From the NCBI RefSeq assembly GCF_964204645.1, contig NC_134031.1, positions 186,001 to 250,000 on the forward strand: 64,000 nt of DNA. Reading direction: 5' to 3'. Numbering within the stretch: position 1 is the stretch's first letter; each line of letters starts with the position of its first letter. A model generated the notes under the pieces. That model had not been told where the DNA came from. It saw only the letters and a program-made list of their open reading frames with translations, and made no database searches. Both the position numbers and the translations under genes were made by a program. Shown one piece after another: positions 35,233 through 47,011 of this stretch. This stretch comes from Tubulanus polymorphus. Lineage: Eukaryota; Animalia; Nemertea.

Positions 35233-37132
35233 TAGTGGGGAGTCCAGCTCCAGATTGAATTGCCCACCAAGCACAATCCAGTTACAGTAAGAGTGCCTCA
35301 GCTCAATCTCTTACAGGACGGGGATGGAGGGCGGGGGCGGGAGGGGGAGCGTGGGATCAGCTACTGTTGTCAGTTGATTGAATCTAAATATAATCAATAA
35401 ATGAATGAATATATAACTGATATGAGAGTGATTGATTATTGATTGATTATTGATCTGTTTAATGATGTATAACAGGTATCCATGATGTTACAGCATTATA
35501 TGCACCTAATATAACACTGGTACTGACCACTACTGACCATCATTAACCACTATTGGCCAGTAAACCAGCACTGACCATCACTGAACACTACTGGCAATCA
35601 CTGACCACTACTGACCATCACTGACCAGTACTGACCAGTACAGACCAGTACTGACCATTACAGACCAGTACTGACCAGTAGAGACAAATACAGACTAGTT
35701 ATGACCAGTATGGACCAGGGGGGGGGGGGTTCAGGGGACTAAACACACAGAGCTGTGTACAAGTTATTTTCATGATGGAAAATTTCTTTTTTCTCCTCAT
35801 CACAATTTCATGATCTGTTGCGCAACAATCAATGACACTTTGTTGTTGCCAAGGTCTTATAGGGCGCGAATGGCCGGCGCGGGACGGGGGAGGGGGGAGG
35901 TAATCACAGCTGACACACAACATCATCATCATCATCTAGACCGCCTGTCCGTTACCGTAGTAACGCAAATACAACTATCGAAAAGAGAGAAGAGTATAGA
36001 TACAGGGTGCTTCAAAAACCTCATCACGTCACAGATTTATAAGTATAATTACGGGGTGCTTCAAAAACCTCATCACAATTACATTTACAATTGTCGGTGT
36101 ATGTTATAGAGGGTTATATAGATATTCAGGTCTTATAACTTAGATTCATTTAACTGTGAAAATTGAAGTTATAACTGTCAATGAATTGCTCATATCATGA
36201 GACACAATGGATGAACAAGGTGAACAAGTGACCTAGAACAGCCAGATCAGCTGACCACCTGTGACATCATAACCCTAACCCGAGCCAATCAGAAACCCTA
36301 ACCCTAGGTCACCTGACCATCTATGACATCATATCCCCAGGCATCCGACCACTAACCCTAACCCTAGGTCATCTGACCACCTGTGACATCACAAGCCTAG
36401 CCAGCCAATCACAGCTAACCCTAGGTCAGGTGACCACATGTGACATTTAGCTGACAGGTGATCATGTGATGTAAACAACATGTCAACTGCACAGCGACAG
36501 TCACAGAATAGAGATACAATAAAATACTGGAGTAGAGAGTGGAGAGAGTGGAGAGAGTGGAGAGTGGAGAGAGTGGAAGGTGGAGAGAGGAGAGAGGAGA
36601 GAGGGAGAGAGTGGAAAGAGGAAGGAGAGAGGGGAGAGGGAGAGCGGCAACACTTATTGACAGACATATGATATGTCACCAGCAGTAAGTGGTTATACTG
36701 TGACCATTAACCCTCTCTCCCTTACCTAGAACTCTCCTCCCTGTCTCTCTCTCTCTCCTGGCTCTCCCGCTCTCCTTTCTCCTCCCTCTCTCTCCTCCCT
36801 CTCCCCTCTCTCTCCCCTCTCTCTCTCCTCCCTCTCTGTTGTGTGTCTCTGTTATCACACTGCTCCACTGTTATATTGATCTATAAATACATTCATTGTG
36901 CAACTCTGTCTCCTCTCTCTCCATCACATACACAATCAATGATTATATAACACTCTCACTCATCACAGATACAGAACACTCTCACTCATCACAGATACAG
37001 AACACTCTCACTCATCACAGTTACAGAACACTCTCACTCATCACAGTTAGTTCACCATCTCAAATATCTTCAATATTCACACATACACTCAGTGACAACA
37101 GTTTCACATCTACACCAGTACCCCAGTATCAG

Positions 37133-37532
37133 CCCGATTGGTTTCACCAGTAACACCCCGATTGGTTCACCAGTTACATCCCGATTGGTTTCACCAGTAA
37201 CATCCCGATTGGTTTCACCAGTAACATCCCGATTGGTTCACCAGTAACACCCCGATTGGTTCACCAGTAACATCCCGATTGGTTTCACCAGTAACATACC
37301 GATTGGTTTCACCAGTAACATACCGATTGGTTTCACCAGTTACATACCGATTGGTTCACCAGTTACTGTCCGATTGGTTCACCAGTTACATCCCGATTGG
37401 TTTCACCAGTAACAGACCGATTGGTTCACCAGTAACAGACCGATTGGTTCACCAGTAACAGACCAATTGGTTCACCAGTAACAGCCCGATTGGTTCACCA
37501 GTAACACCCGATTGGTTCACCAGTAACACCCA
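37133..37532. repeat. 22-23-bp minisatellite with an inverted CCAAT box in each unit
   Basis: Unit ccGATTGGtt(t)caccagtaacat. Confidence 0.92.
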
Positions 37533-37899
37533 TAATGGATATGATCCCAGCTGTTTGTTATGATTCTCAGGAGTATAGCAATATAACAATTCATTTCATT
37601 TTGAAATGAATATTTCTATTGATATTAAAAGTTTTTAATGCTGATTAGAATATAACATTGAGTCTCATTAAAACATTCGAACGACTGCCTGCTATTTTAT
37701 AAATGAAACTAGATTAAATTCAATGAAAATGTTTCTTGGAAAATTGCGCTGAAAGCTTGTAGTCGATACTGAGTGAGTTGTATGACACCAGTGAGCTGTA
37801 TCACTAGAATCTGCTACATCCAGACTAACGTAATAAAAATGATTGAATGACTGAAACAGTGAATTTATGAGTGAGTGATAAAAACTGTACTGAGCTGAG

Positions 37900-38608
37900 A
37901 GCAGTGAGAGAGAGCAGTAAGAGTAGTAAGAGCAGTGAGAGTAGAGAGAGTGGTGAGAGTAGAGAGAGTGGTGAGAGTAGAGAGAGTGGTGAGAGTAGAG
38001 AGAGCGGTGAGAGTAGAGAGAGTGGTGAGAGTAGAGAGAGTGGTGAGAGCAGTGAGAGTAGAGAGAGTGGTGAGAGTAGAGAGAGTGGTGAGACTGGAGA
38101 GAGTAGAGAGAGTGGTGAGAGTAGAGAGAGTGGTGAGAGTAGAGAGAGTGGTGAGAGTAGCGAGAGTGGTGAGAGTAGAGAGAGTGGTGAGAGTAGAGAG
38201 AGTGGTGAGAGTAGAGAGAGTGGTGAGAGTAGAGAGAGTGGTGAGAGTAGAGAGAGTGGTGAGAGTAGAGAGAGTGGTGAGAGTAGAGAGAGTGGTGAGA
38301 GTAGTAAGAGTGGTGAGAGTAGAGAGAGTGGTGAGAGTAGAGAGAGTGGTGAGAGTAGAGAGAGTGGTGAGAGTAGCGAGAGTGGTGAGAGTAGAGAGAG
38401 TGGTGAGAGTAGAGAGAGTGGTGAGAGTAGAGAGAGTGGTGAGAGTAGAGAGAGTGGTGAGAGTAGAGAGAGTGGTGAGAGTAGAGAGAGTGGTGAGAGT
38501 AGAGAGAGTGGTGAGAGTAGAGAGAGTGGTGAGAGTAGAGAGAGTGGTGAGAGTAGAGAGAGTGGTGAGAGTAGAGAGAGTGGTGAGAGTAGAGAGAGTG
38601 GTGAGAGT
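37900..38608. repeat. 18-bp purine-rich minisatellite
   Basis: Unit gagagtagagagagtggt. Confidence 0.96.
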
Positions 38609-38703
38609 AGCAGGCTGCTGAACAGTACTCACTGAAATCAGTTCACCTATATCTACTGTACTCAAATGACTCTCATCACAATGTGACACCGGTACAAACT
38701 ATC

Positions 38704-39162
38704 ACATTACAAACACCCCTCCCCTCCTCCCTATACACGCTGCTGTCACGTTACAACACCCCCTCCCCTCCTCCCTATACACGCTGCTGTCACGTTACAA
38801 CACCCCCTCCCCTCCTCCCTATACACGCTGCTGTCACATTACAAACACCCCCTCCCCTCCTCCCTATACACCCTGCTGTCACATTACAAACACCCCCTCC
38901 CCTCCTCCCTATACACCCTGCTGTCACATTACAAACACCCCCTCCCCTCCTCCCTATACACGCTGCTGTCACGTTACAACACCCCCTCCCCTCCTCCCTA
39001 TACACGCTGCTGTCACATTACAAACACCCCCTCCCCTCCTCCCTATACACGCTGCTGTCACGTTACAACACCCCCTCCCCTCCTCCCTATACACGCTGCT
39101 GTCACGTTACAAACACCCCTCCTCCCCTCCTCCCTATACACGCTGCTGTCACGTTACAACCC
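38704..39162. repeat. 44-45-bp minisatellite
   Basis: Unit ccctcccctcctccctatacacgctgctgtcacgttacaacacc. Confidence 0.93.
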
Positions 39163-39582
39163 CCTCTGACAAACTGTCACATTACACCCTACCCCCTGAC
39201 ACACTGTCACATGACCCCCCCACAAACCGCCCCAAAGTGTCATTCCCCAAACTGTGTCTGATAAGCGTTCAAAAAGTTTCTGAATTGTAAAAAACACGAT
39301 AAAACTAAAACTAAGGGCTCAACTACACGACTAAAATTCCTCTGTGTAATAAAAATAAATACTATTTTTTCCTGATGATATTTGAGGCCATAAAATAGTG
39401 ACTACAGAATATGATACTTACTGAATAAATCAGTGATCAATAAACTGATTAATCCTTGTAATGGTTAAATCCTTATCTAACTAATATCCATCAGACAGAC
39501 AGAGAGAGAGAGACTTCAATCTAGTGAAATAGAAAATGTTTTAAATTTTGTAGAATATTTTGAACTGGTGTTTACTGCAGTA

Positions 39583-39617
<35 letters not shown>

Positions 39618-39957
39618 AACAGTAGCGCGTGTCAATGTGACATACACATCGTACATGCATTGATTTTATACTCAGTACTCGCGCGCGCGAGCGAGCGGTA
39701 GCACGTGACTCACCAGAGAGAGAGAACTCACCAGTGAAAACTCACCAGTGGAACTCACCAGCGACAACTCACCAGCGACAACTCACAACCGTCAACTCAA
39801 ACATAGCGTAACGCCCTCTAGTGACAGGAATGGTGGGTTCCCTCCAGCAGGACACTGATGTATATGTACATTATGTTCATATCTTGTTGTTATGGGAATT
39901 TCTCTGAAATATTTTATTAAGTATGACTATTCTAGAACCCCTCACAGCCCACAGGTG

Positions 39958-40150
39958 GTAGCCCGTAGCCCGCAGCCTACAGCCCGTAGCCAACAGCCCG
40001 TAGCCTACAGCCCGTAGCCTACAGCCCGTAGCCTACAGCCCGTAGCCCATAGCCAACAGCCCGTAGCCTACAGCCCGTAGCCTACAGCCCGTAGCCTACA
40101 GCCCGTAGCCTACAGCCCGTAGCCAACAGCCCGTAGCCTACAGCCCGTAG
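39958..40150. repeat. 14-bp minisatellite
   Basis: Unit agcccgtagcctac. Confidence 0.9.
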
Positions 40151-42463
40151 CACACATCTGTTAGTTCATTCTAAATTCACTGTAATAATTATCATTTAGA
40201 AACAGCTGACTATTAAAACCAGCATGTGTTACACTGCGTTCTGAATGCAAAACAATTTGAACCCCTAGGAATTAATTTCTACATAAAAACTGAATATGTA
40301 ATTGTATAAATAATGTGCGGGTTGTTTCACATTTCCTTTCGTAATTCAATAGTCACTAAACAAATTTTCATAGTAACCTAAACAAACGACTGAGAACTTA
40401 AAATATATCGCAACTAATTCACATATTTAATTTCATATTTCAAAAATGAATTTCCTCAATAACAGAAATAAATGGAAACAGTAAAAGTTTAATCGATGCT
40501 ATCATCCCCTAACACGACCTCGTATAAACAACTAGTGAACCTAGACCTATAGACCAAAACCCTAGACGTGTCCTTTTAACCGTCAAAGAGCTGAAAAAAC
40601 AAACGTTAACAGAACAGACTGTAGCCAACATACGATGGATTAATGGAAAGTAGATTCTCTAGAGAGATTAACAGCAATAATTCATTTTACTCAGACAGAC
40701 CTTTTACCAAAACTATTAGCAAACAATTCTAACATCGTTTCCCTTTATCATTGACTGTTTTAACAGTTAATTCCCCTGGGAATAAACTCATTTTAATTCC
40801 TGGAGACAGAACTGTGGAACTGGGTCCGATATTGTGGAACTGGATCCAGAACTGCAGGGTACAGATCTGTGTATCTGTGTCTGATGTGGTAGAAGTTTAT
40901 ATCTATACAACTAATTAATAATAAAAGAATAATTTCAGGGTGATCAGAGAGAGAGGAACAAGTTCTTATCACAACTCAGCAAAACAAACAAAATATGCAA
41001 TATACTTCACTGTGAAGAGTGGGTAAGAAAATATTATAAATAGAGAGAGAGAGAGAGAGAGAGAGAAACATTGATTAATTATTGAAGAGGAAATGTTAAC
41101 CCCCACCACAACCATACCCCCCTCCTCCTCCTCCCCCCTCCCCCACACACACACACCCGAGATGATCAGCTGATTACTGATACTAGTTTTTAAATCATTA
41201 ATTATTTACGCCTCAGAAAATGCATGAAGTTTCTTTCTAAAAATAGGATGAAGATAATTGATGGATCCCAATAGAGGCATTCATCACTAACCTCAATCGT
41301 GACCTCAATCGTGACCTCACTCATAGCCTCACATTTGGGAATCATTTCTCATAATGTTTTTGAATCAGTTTTTATCAGATTTTCTCAGAATTTCAGTCTT
41401 TAAGGATTTCAATTAGCGCGATATTTACTGTTTAAATCTATGGATCCCTGAACGCACAGTTCATTAATTTGTTTGGATAAATCTAAAGACTGAATATTTT
41501 TGTTCTTTCAGCTCAGACATCAATTACATCAATTTAGTCCAGTCACGCGTACATGATTTAATGTCAAAGATGTCTCCTCGAAGTCTGATTCGATCTTAGA
41601 TGTGTCCAAACAACTCAGATATCACTCTCTTGAGTCGGACTAATCTCGCCCTGTCCAAAAATATCAGAGTTAACAGTATAACTGTAGAATTATCTCAAAC
41701 TACATTCAAACTAGACCTATACGTGTAGGCCTTCCACACGTATCCACAGTTTGACGTTAGTGGCAACGTTCACCCTCATAGAGGCTTCAGATATTTCATA
41801 AGGGGTCACTGATTGTCAGAAGGGTGGATGTAAAAATGAAAGGAGAATAGTGACTGCAGATAGAACTGGTAGCTCCACATCCACAGTTCCACACAGTTCC
41901 ACACATTTCAACTTTAAATAGTTAAAATATCAGAAATGCACTGATTGAACTCATGTGGAATCAGATAAATCTGATGTGACTGCGGAGCTGGATCCTGAAG
42001 GCGATAGTTTTGTGTAAATATTTATAACTCATTTTCGTCGTAAATCTCGTAGTGAGTTTCAAGCTGTAAGAACTCTTTAAGAACTCTTTATCGAGAGATG
42101 AAGTTAGCAGTTTTTACTACGAACAGTTAAAAAATCAAATTTACAATTCACTCCAGAAATGTGTCACAGTCATTAAACTAAATAAATAGAAAACTATTAT
42201 TTGCTGCAGTTTCTAGATTTCAGTTTATCTGAAGGAGGCTTCATTCATACGGTACTACAGTCACTGAGCCTCACGGAGGAGAGAGAGGAGAGAGAGGGAG
42301 GAGAGAGGAGAGGGAGAGAAGGAGAGGAGAGGGGGAGAGAGAGCCCTCATATTTCAGAATACACAATGATGCCTGCACTAGTTGTGACGTTTATTATGTT
42401 GATGACTTATCAAAATGATGAGTTAAACTTTGTAAATTCAATTAGAAAACCATAAATCATAAA

Positions 42464-42770
42464 AAGATGACTTCGGTACAATACATGTGACGACTTATCA
42501 GAGATGACTTCAGTACTATGTGACGACTTATCAGAGATGACTTCAGTACTATGTGACGACTTATCAGAGATGACTTCAGTACTATGTGACGACTTATCAG
42601 AGATGACTTCAGTACTATGTGACGACTTATCAGAGATGACTTCAGTACTATGTGACGACTTATCAGAGATGACTTCAGTACTATGTGACGACTTATCAGA
42701 GATGACTTCAGTACTATGTGACAACTTATCAGAGATGACTTCAGTACTATGTGACGACTTATCAGAGATG
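42464..42770. repeat. 33-bp minisatellite, about 9 copies
   Basis: Unit gagatgacttcagtactatgtgacgacttatca. Confidence 0.95.
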
Positions 42771-44364
42771 ACAAGTTAAAGCATGAGTATATATTTAGAA
42801 TGAAGCTAATGGATGTCTTACCTAACTGGATAGGCAGGCCAAAACCTGCAAACACTGCTGACATCTTCAATACACTGATAGATCCCTGACCGGCTCACAG
42901 AACAACCACAGTCAACGAATACTAGTACGAATACCAGTACGAATACTAGTACGAATACTAGTACGAATACCAGTACGAATATGTGAGAATAGTCTGAAAT
43001 TATATCATAAAAAAACCTCATACATTATCAATCAACTACGAGACTCAGTTAAATTACAATCTTTAGATTTAATTCAACTACAGTTTACAGGGAGTATTTA
43101 TAGGGAGGGGATGTTTAGGGGAGGGGGTGTTTAGGAGGAGAGGGTGTTTAGGGGGAGAGGGTGTTTAGGGGGAGGGATGTTTAGGGGGAGAGGGTGTTTA
43201 GGAGAGGGTGTTTAGGGGAGGGGGTGTTTAGGGGGAGAGGGTGTTTAGGGGGAGAGGGTGTTTAGGAGGAGAGGGTGTTTGTAAAGAGGAGGTTAAAGGA
43301 CGTGTTTATTCTAAGGTCATTGATCTGTACTAAGTACACAGTAAATAAATATAAATATAGTTAAATATATTTATCAATATTCAATATTTATTGTTATTAT
43401 AAATATAAAGAGACAAGTTCAAACACAGCTTAAACTATTAATCAATTACTGCGCTGTATGGTGTCAGGGGAGGGTCACGGGGGTCAGGCAGGCATGAAAT
43501 CATAATCTATATTCAAATCCCTGTCGATTTATTAATTCAAACATATGTTTCACGGAGCAGAATTTATTAATCCAGACACACACAAAATATCATGCTTAAA
43601 TTCTGAACGCTTAAAACTATAATTTATTGATCCACACTTTATCTGTATCAGAGGCTAAATTAGGGTTTTTCATGGAATTGTACAAATCATAAATCTCTTA
43701 AATTTTAGCTTTTAGAAATGAGATATCAAATATTTTATTACATCAAAAGTATTTACAAAAAATGTCTAATTGAAACATCTAACGGAGATATGAAGAACAC
43801 AGAGATATAAAGGCTGTAATCGCTAACACTGAGTTTAAATAGTGTTAAACAAGCTACTGGTTTAGATATACAACATTAGTTTGAACAGTAGGACACCGAG
43901 CCAGCCAGCAGCCAGCAGCCAGCAGCCAGGTAACCACTGCCTCTATTTTTATCTATGCACCTACCTGGCTTCAAATGACCTCTAAATCCAATCTCTGAAC
44001 AGCAGTTCGACAGAAAAAAAACACCTGAAAAAATACCGAAAATAATCAGACGTTTACAAAAATAAACACAAATTCCGATGTAACGTTTGTGATCGGGAAT
44101 CGATATTGTTTCTATGAGAATTTCTCGAAACGCGACAAGTTGTAAGTTGTATTGAGTGTGAGGAATACAGTCCAGTCACACGTGATGTTTATAGATCTAT
44201 AAATAATCAGCAGGTATCAAAAACTGGAAACTCTTATCAATAAGAGTCAATACTACATTTATATTTACTCAGTCAATAATATAATATAGAAGTTGTATTG
44301 CACTGGCAAGTGAGGGAGAGAGGTGGTGGCGGTGTGATAACTGGAACTGGAACAAGCAGTCTCT

Positions 44365-44366
<2 letters not shown>

Positions 44367-44451
<85 letters not shown>
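44367..44451. repeat. (TA)n microsatellite
   Basis: Long pure AT dinucleotide tract. Confidence 0.97.
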
Positions 44452-44456
<5 letters not shown>

Positions 44457-46147
44457 TAGATCTCCATAAATAAATAGAGTATCATTGAAAAGTTTTTAAC
44501 AATAACTGAAATATTCTTCAAATGACCGAATTATCAGAACAAATCTATAATGCAGTCTCTAAAATAAACAATAGTTTAATATTCATTTCAGAAAATCACA
44601 GTTTTCTATAGATAAAACATTTAATTCTGTAAGAATACTGACCTAATTATTAAATAAATCCGTTATTATAATAGTGAATTAAAGATAGCTGAAAGGAACG
44701 CACGCACAGTGGTATATAGTCGACTAAGTGTACTTTATCCATAAAAACCTCAATTGTATTTTAATAATTCATTTCAATCAATAATTATTTTCATTTATTC
44801 AAACTCTTTCAAACAATTCCATTTTTTACGACGCAGATGACCTAAAAATTCTCCGAAACTCTTTTCATTTAAAGAAGAATCTTGTAAGGATTGATTTCAA
44901 TCGGTCGTCATAGTCAAGTATTCATTGTGTTTATAAACACTGTGTCATAGAAACCTTCACATTCATACGACCTTGACCTACGAGTAAACATACTAAATCA
45001 GCTGATAATGGATCAGGTGATTCCTAGCGGTATTCAATAAAGAGCTGTCCACCGCCGGGCGGAGTGGAGTGAGAATCTGCTGTTCACCCATATCTGTTTG
45101 GTGTCATCACAAAAACAACTTCAAATTCCACTCAAATAAAAACCTCCACAATCTAGACTCGAACAGTGATGAAACAGACTATAGTCCTATTTAGTGAAGA
45201 TGATTATTAGGATAAAGTTGAAATATTGAATAAACTACTATTAACTCAAGGAAGATCATTTCACACTCATCTTAACTCTCAGTGTGTGCAGGGATTCTAT
45301 ATAATCTAGACAACACGGACTCAGGTTCCGTCCTGGGATCACAATTATCATATCAAATCATCTTCAAATATCATTGAGAAAAAATAAATCAATTATTATG
45401 AGCGAAAATTTTATTCGGCCGAATAAAAAATTAATAAAAATGTTGTAGGTCTCTTTTTTTACGGAGCAAATTTACACAATCGATTTTCAATAAATGGCTG
45501 AACATGAGTCGAGTCGAGAATTGGCTTCGTTCCCACATAACGACCACGGCTTTCAATGTGACATGACAATAATCTCTATCATTCTCTATTCATAAACAAC
45601 AAACTGTGGAAATTATCATTCTATAAAATTTCCGAAAAACCACTGAATTAACCATTTGATTCCGATATAAAAATTTATCTAAAAAATTATAATGAATATT
45701 TGTGAGGGAGATGATAGGAACAGTAAAACTCAAACCTGTCAAACACTGCCATATTTGTTTAAGCCTCTCACTTTTCAGTAAACCCATTGTTTAGGTTTCT
45801 GTAGGATTAAAAAAACAGCACCGGGAGTTTGAGAGTAGACAGGTAGACCTTGAATAATAAATCATATTCCATTAAAAAATAACAGATTAATGAGCCTATA
45901 TTAACTGAAGCTATTTGAGGCGTCAGCTTGGTCCAGGTACCCGGGCCCGCTGTATCTCTGGTTCACCCACGCCCAGGGGCCTGATACCACTCTCCTCCCT
46001 CTCCATCCTCCTCTCTACCCGTATCACTAGACAACAACGATGAAAATGAAACTAATGATAAGAGAAATAAAATTTAATTGATGTAAAAATAGACGATATT
46101 TATTTCACACAGCAACAAAAAACTGAAACAAAGAATGAATGAATTAC

Positions 46148-47011
46148 CTGAATTCAAACGGCGTTCAATAATCCTTCAGTTTCCTCAATTACTGCTGTCT
46201 ACAATAAAATATCGAAATGTTTCAGCGAAAAAACTCAATGAACCTGTCAAGTCGTGTCGAGTCACAGTGTTAGGTCCGGTGCCGCGCCGGGGTGGTCCGG
46301 TGCCGCTAGTCCGGACCGTAGTCCAGTTGGGGCCTTTCGTATACGAAATACACTACTTAAACACTTTTTGATAATAGGGAAATAATCAATGAATCCGTAT
46401 TGATGCTCGCAGAAGTTTGGAGTCGAAAAGAGATATTTCTTATTCGTTTCGTCGTTTCAGTTCGTTTAGAACCTAGAGGGCAGCACCGGACAGTGAATGC
46501 AATTCAATTCAAAGAATTTATTACAAATCAATTTACTTTTATTGACAGCTGACAGGAGTTTAGGTTTAAAATGATATTTCTACGCATGCAGTCGAGGTAA
46601 TTATTATAACCCCATAAAAGCGTGATCCTCCTCACTATAAAGTGTAGTTTGTGACAATGACTGCCCAAGTTTTACACGCGCAGGGACCAGGCAGCACTGA
46701 CCGGCAGTGACTTGGATGAGGCGGCGAGCTGCACTGTGGTGATGTCTCACTCCTTTTACAGTGTGACAGTTGTGGAGTTGATTCAATCAGGAGCCTTGAT
46801 AGATAAAAGGGGCCCTTGTTGATTGCCGCCAAAAATGCAATAACACCTGCATTCTGTGTGGACGTGTGAAATGTTACGGTCCAAGTTGTAAGTCACATGT
46901 TGTAACACTTCATTGCCGTTTACTTTTACAGCCTAATGTTAGGGTCATAGGGAGCAGCGAGTTTTATATCGAAGACAACGGGAGCAGCGAGTTTTCACTT
47001 ACACAGTAATA
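46148..47011. promoter_or_regulatory. Candidate bidirectional promoter region between REV1 and a minus-strand non-coding first exon (probably of the TRIM-NHL gene)
   Basis: Minus-strand donor CAG|GTAATT at 46148/46147, a GC-rich patch at 46275-46335, a CTCF-like acctagagggcagcac at 46471, and the REV1 ATG at 47012. The link to the TRIM gene is inference. Confidence 0.4.

Noticed and set aside
34355-35290. Overlapping 200-300-aa ORFs on both strands
   Set aside because: Products of a stop-poor 39-bp minisatellite.
37865-39261. ORFs such as (TLSTLT)n, (ESRESG)n and (PPLLPIHAAVTLQ)n
   Set aside because: Simple-repeat translations.
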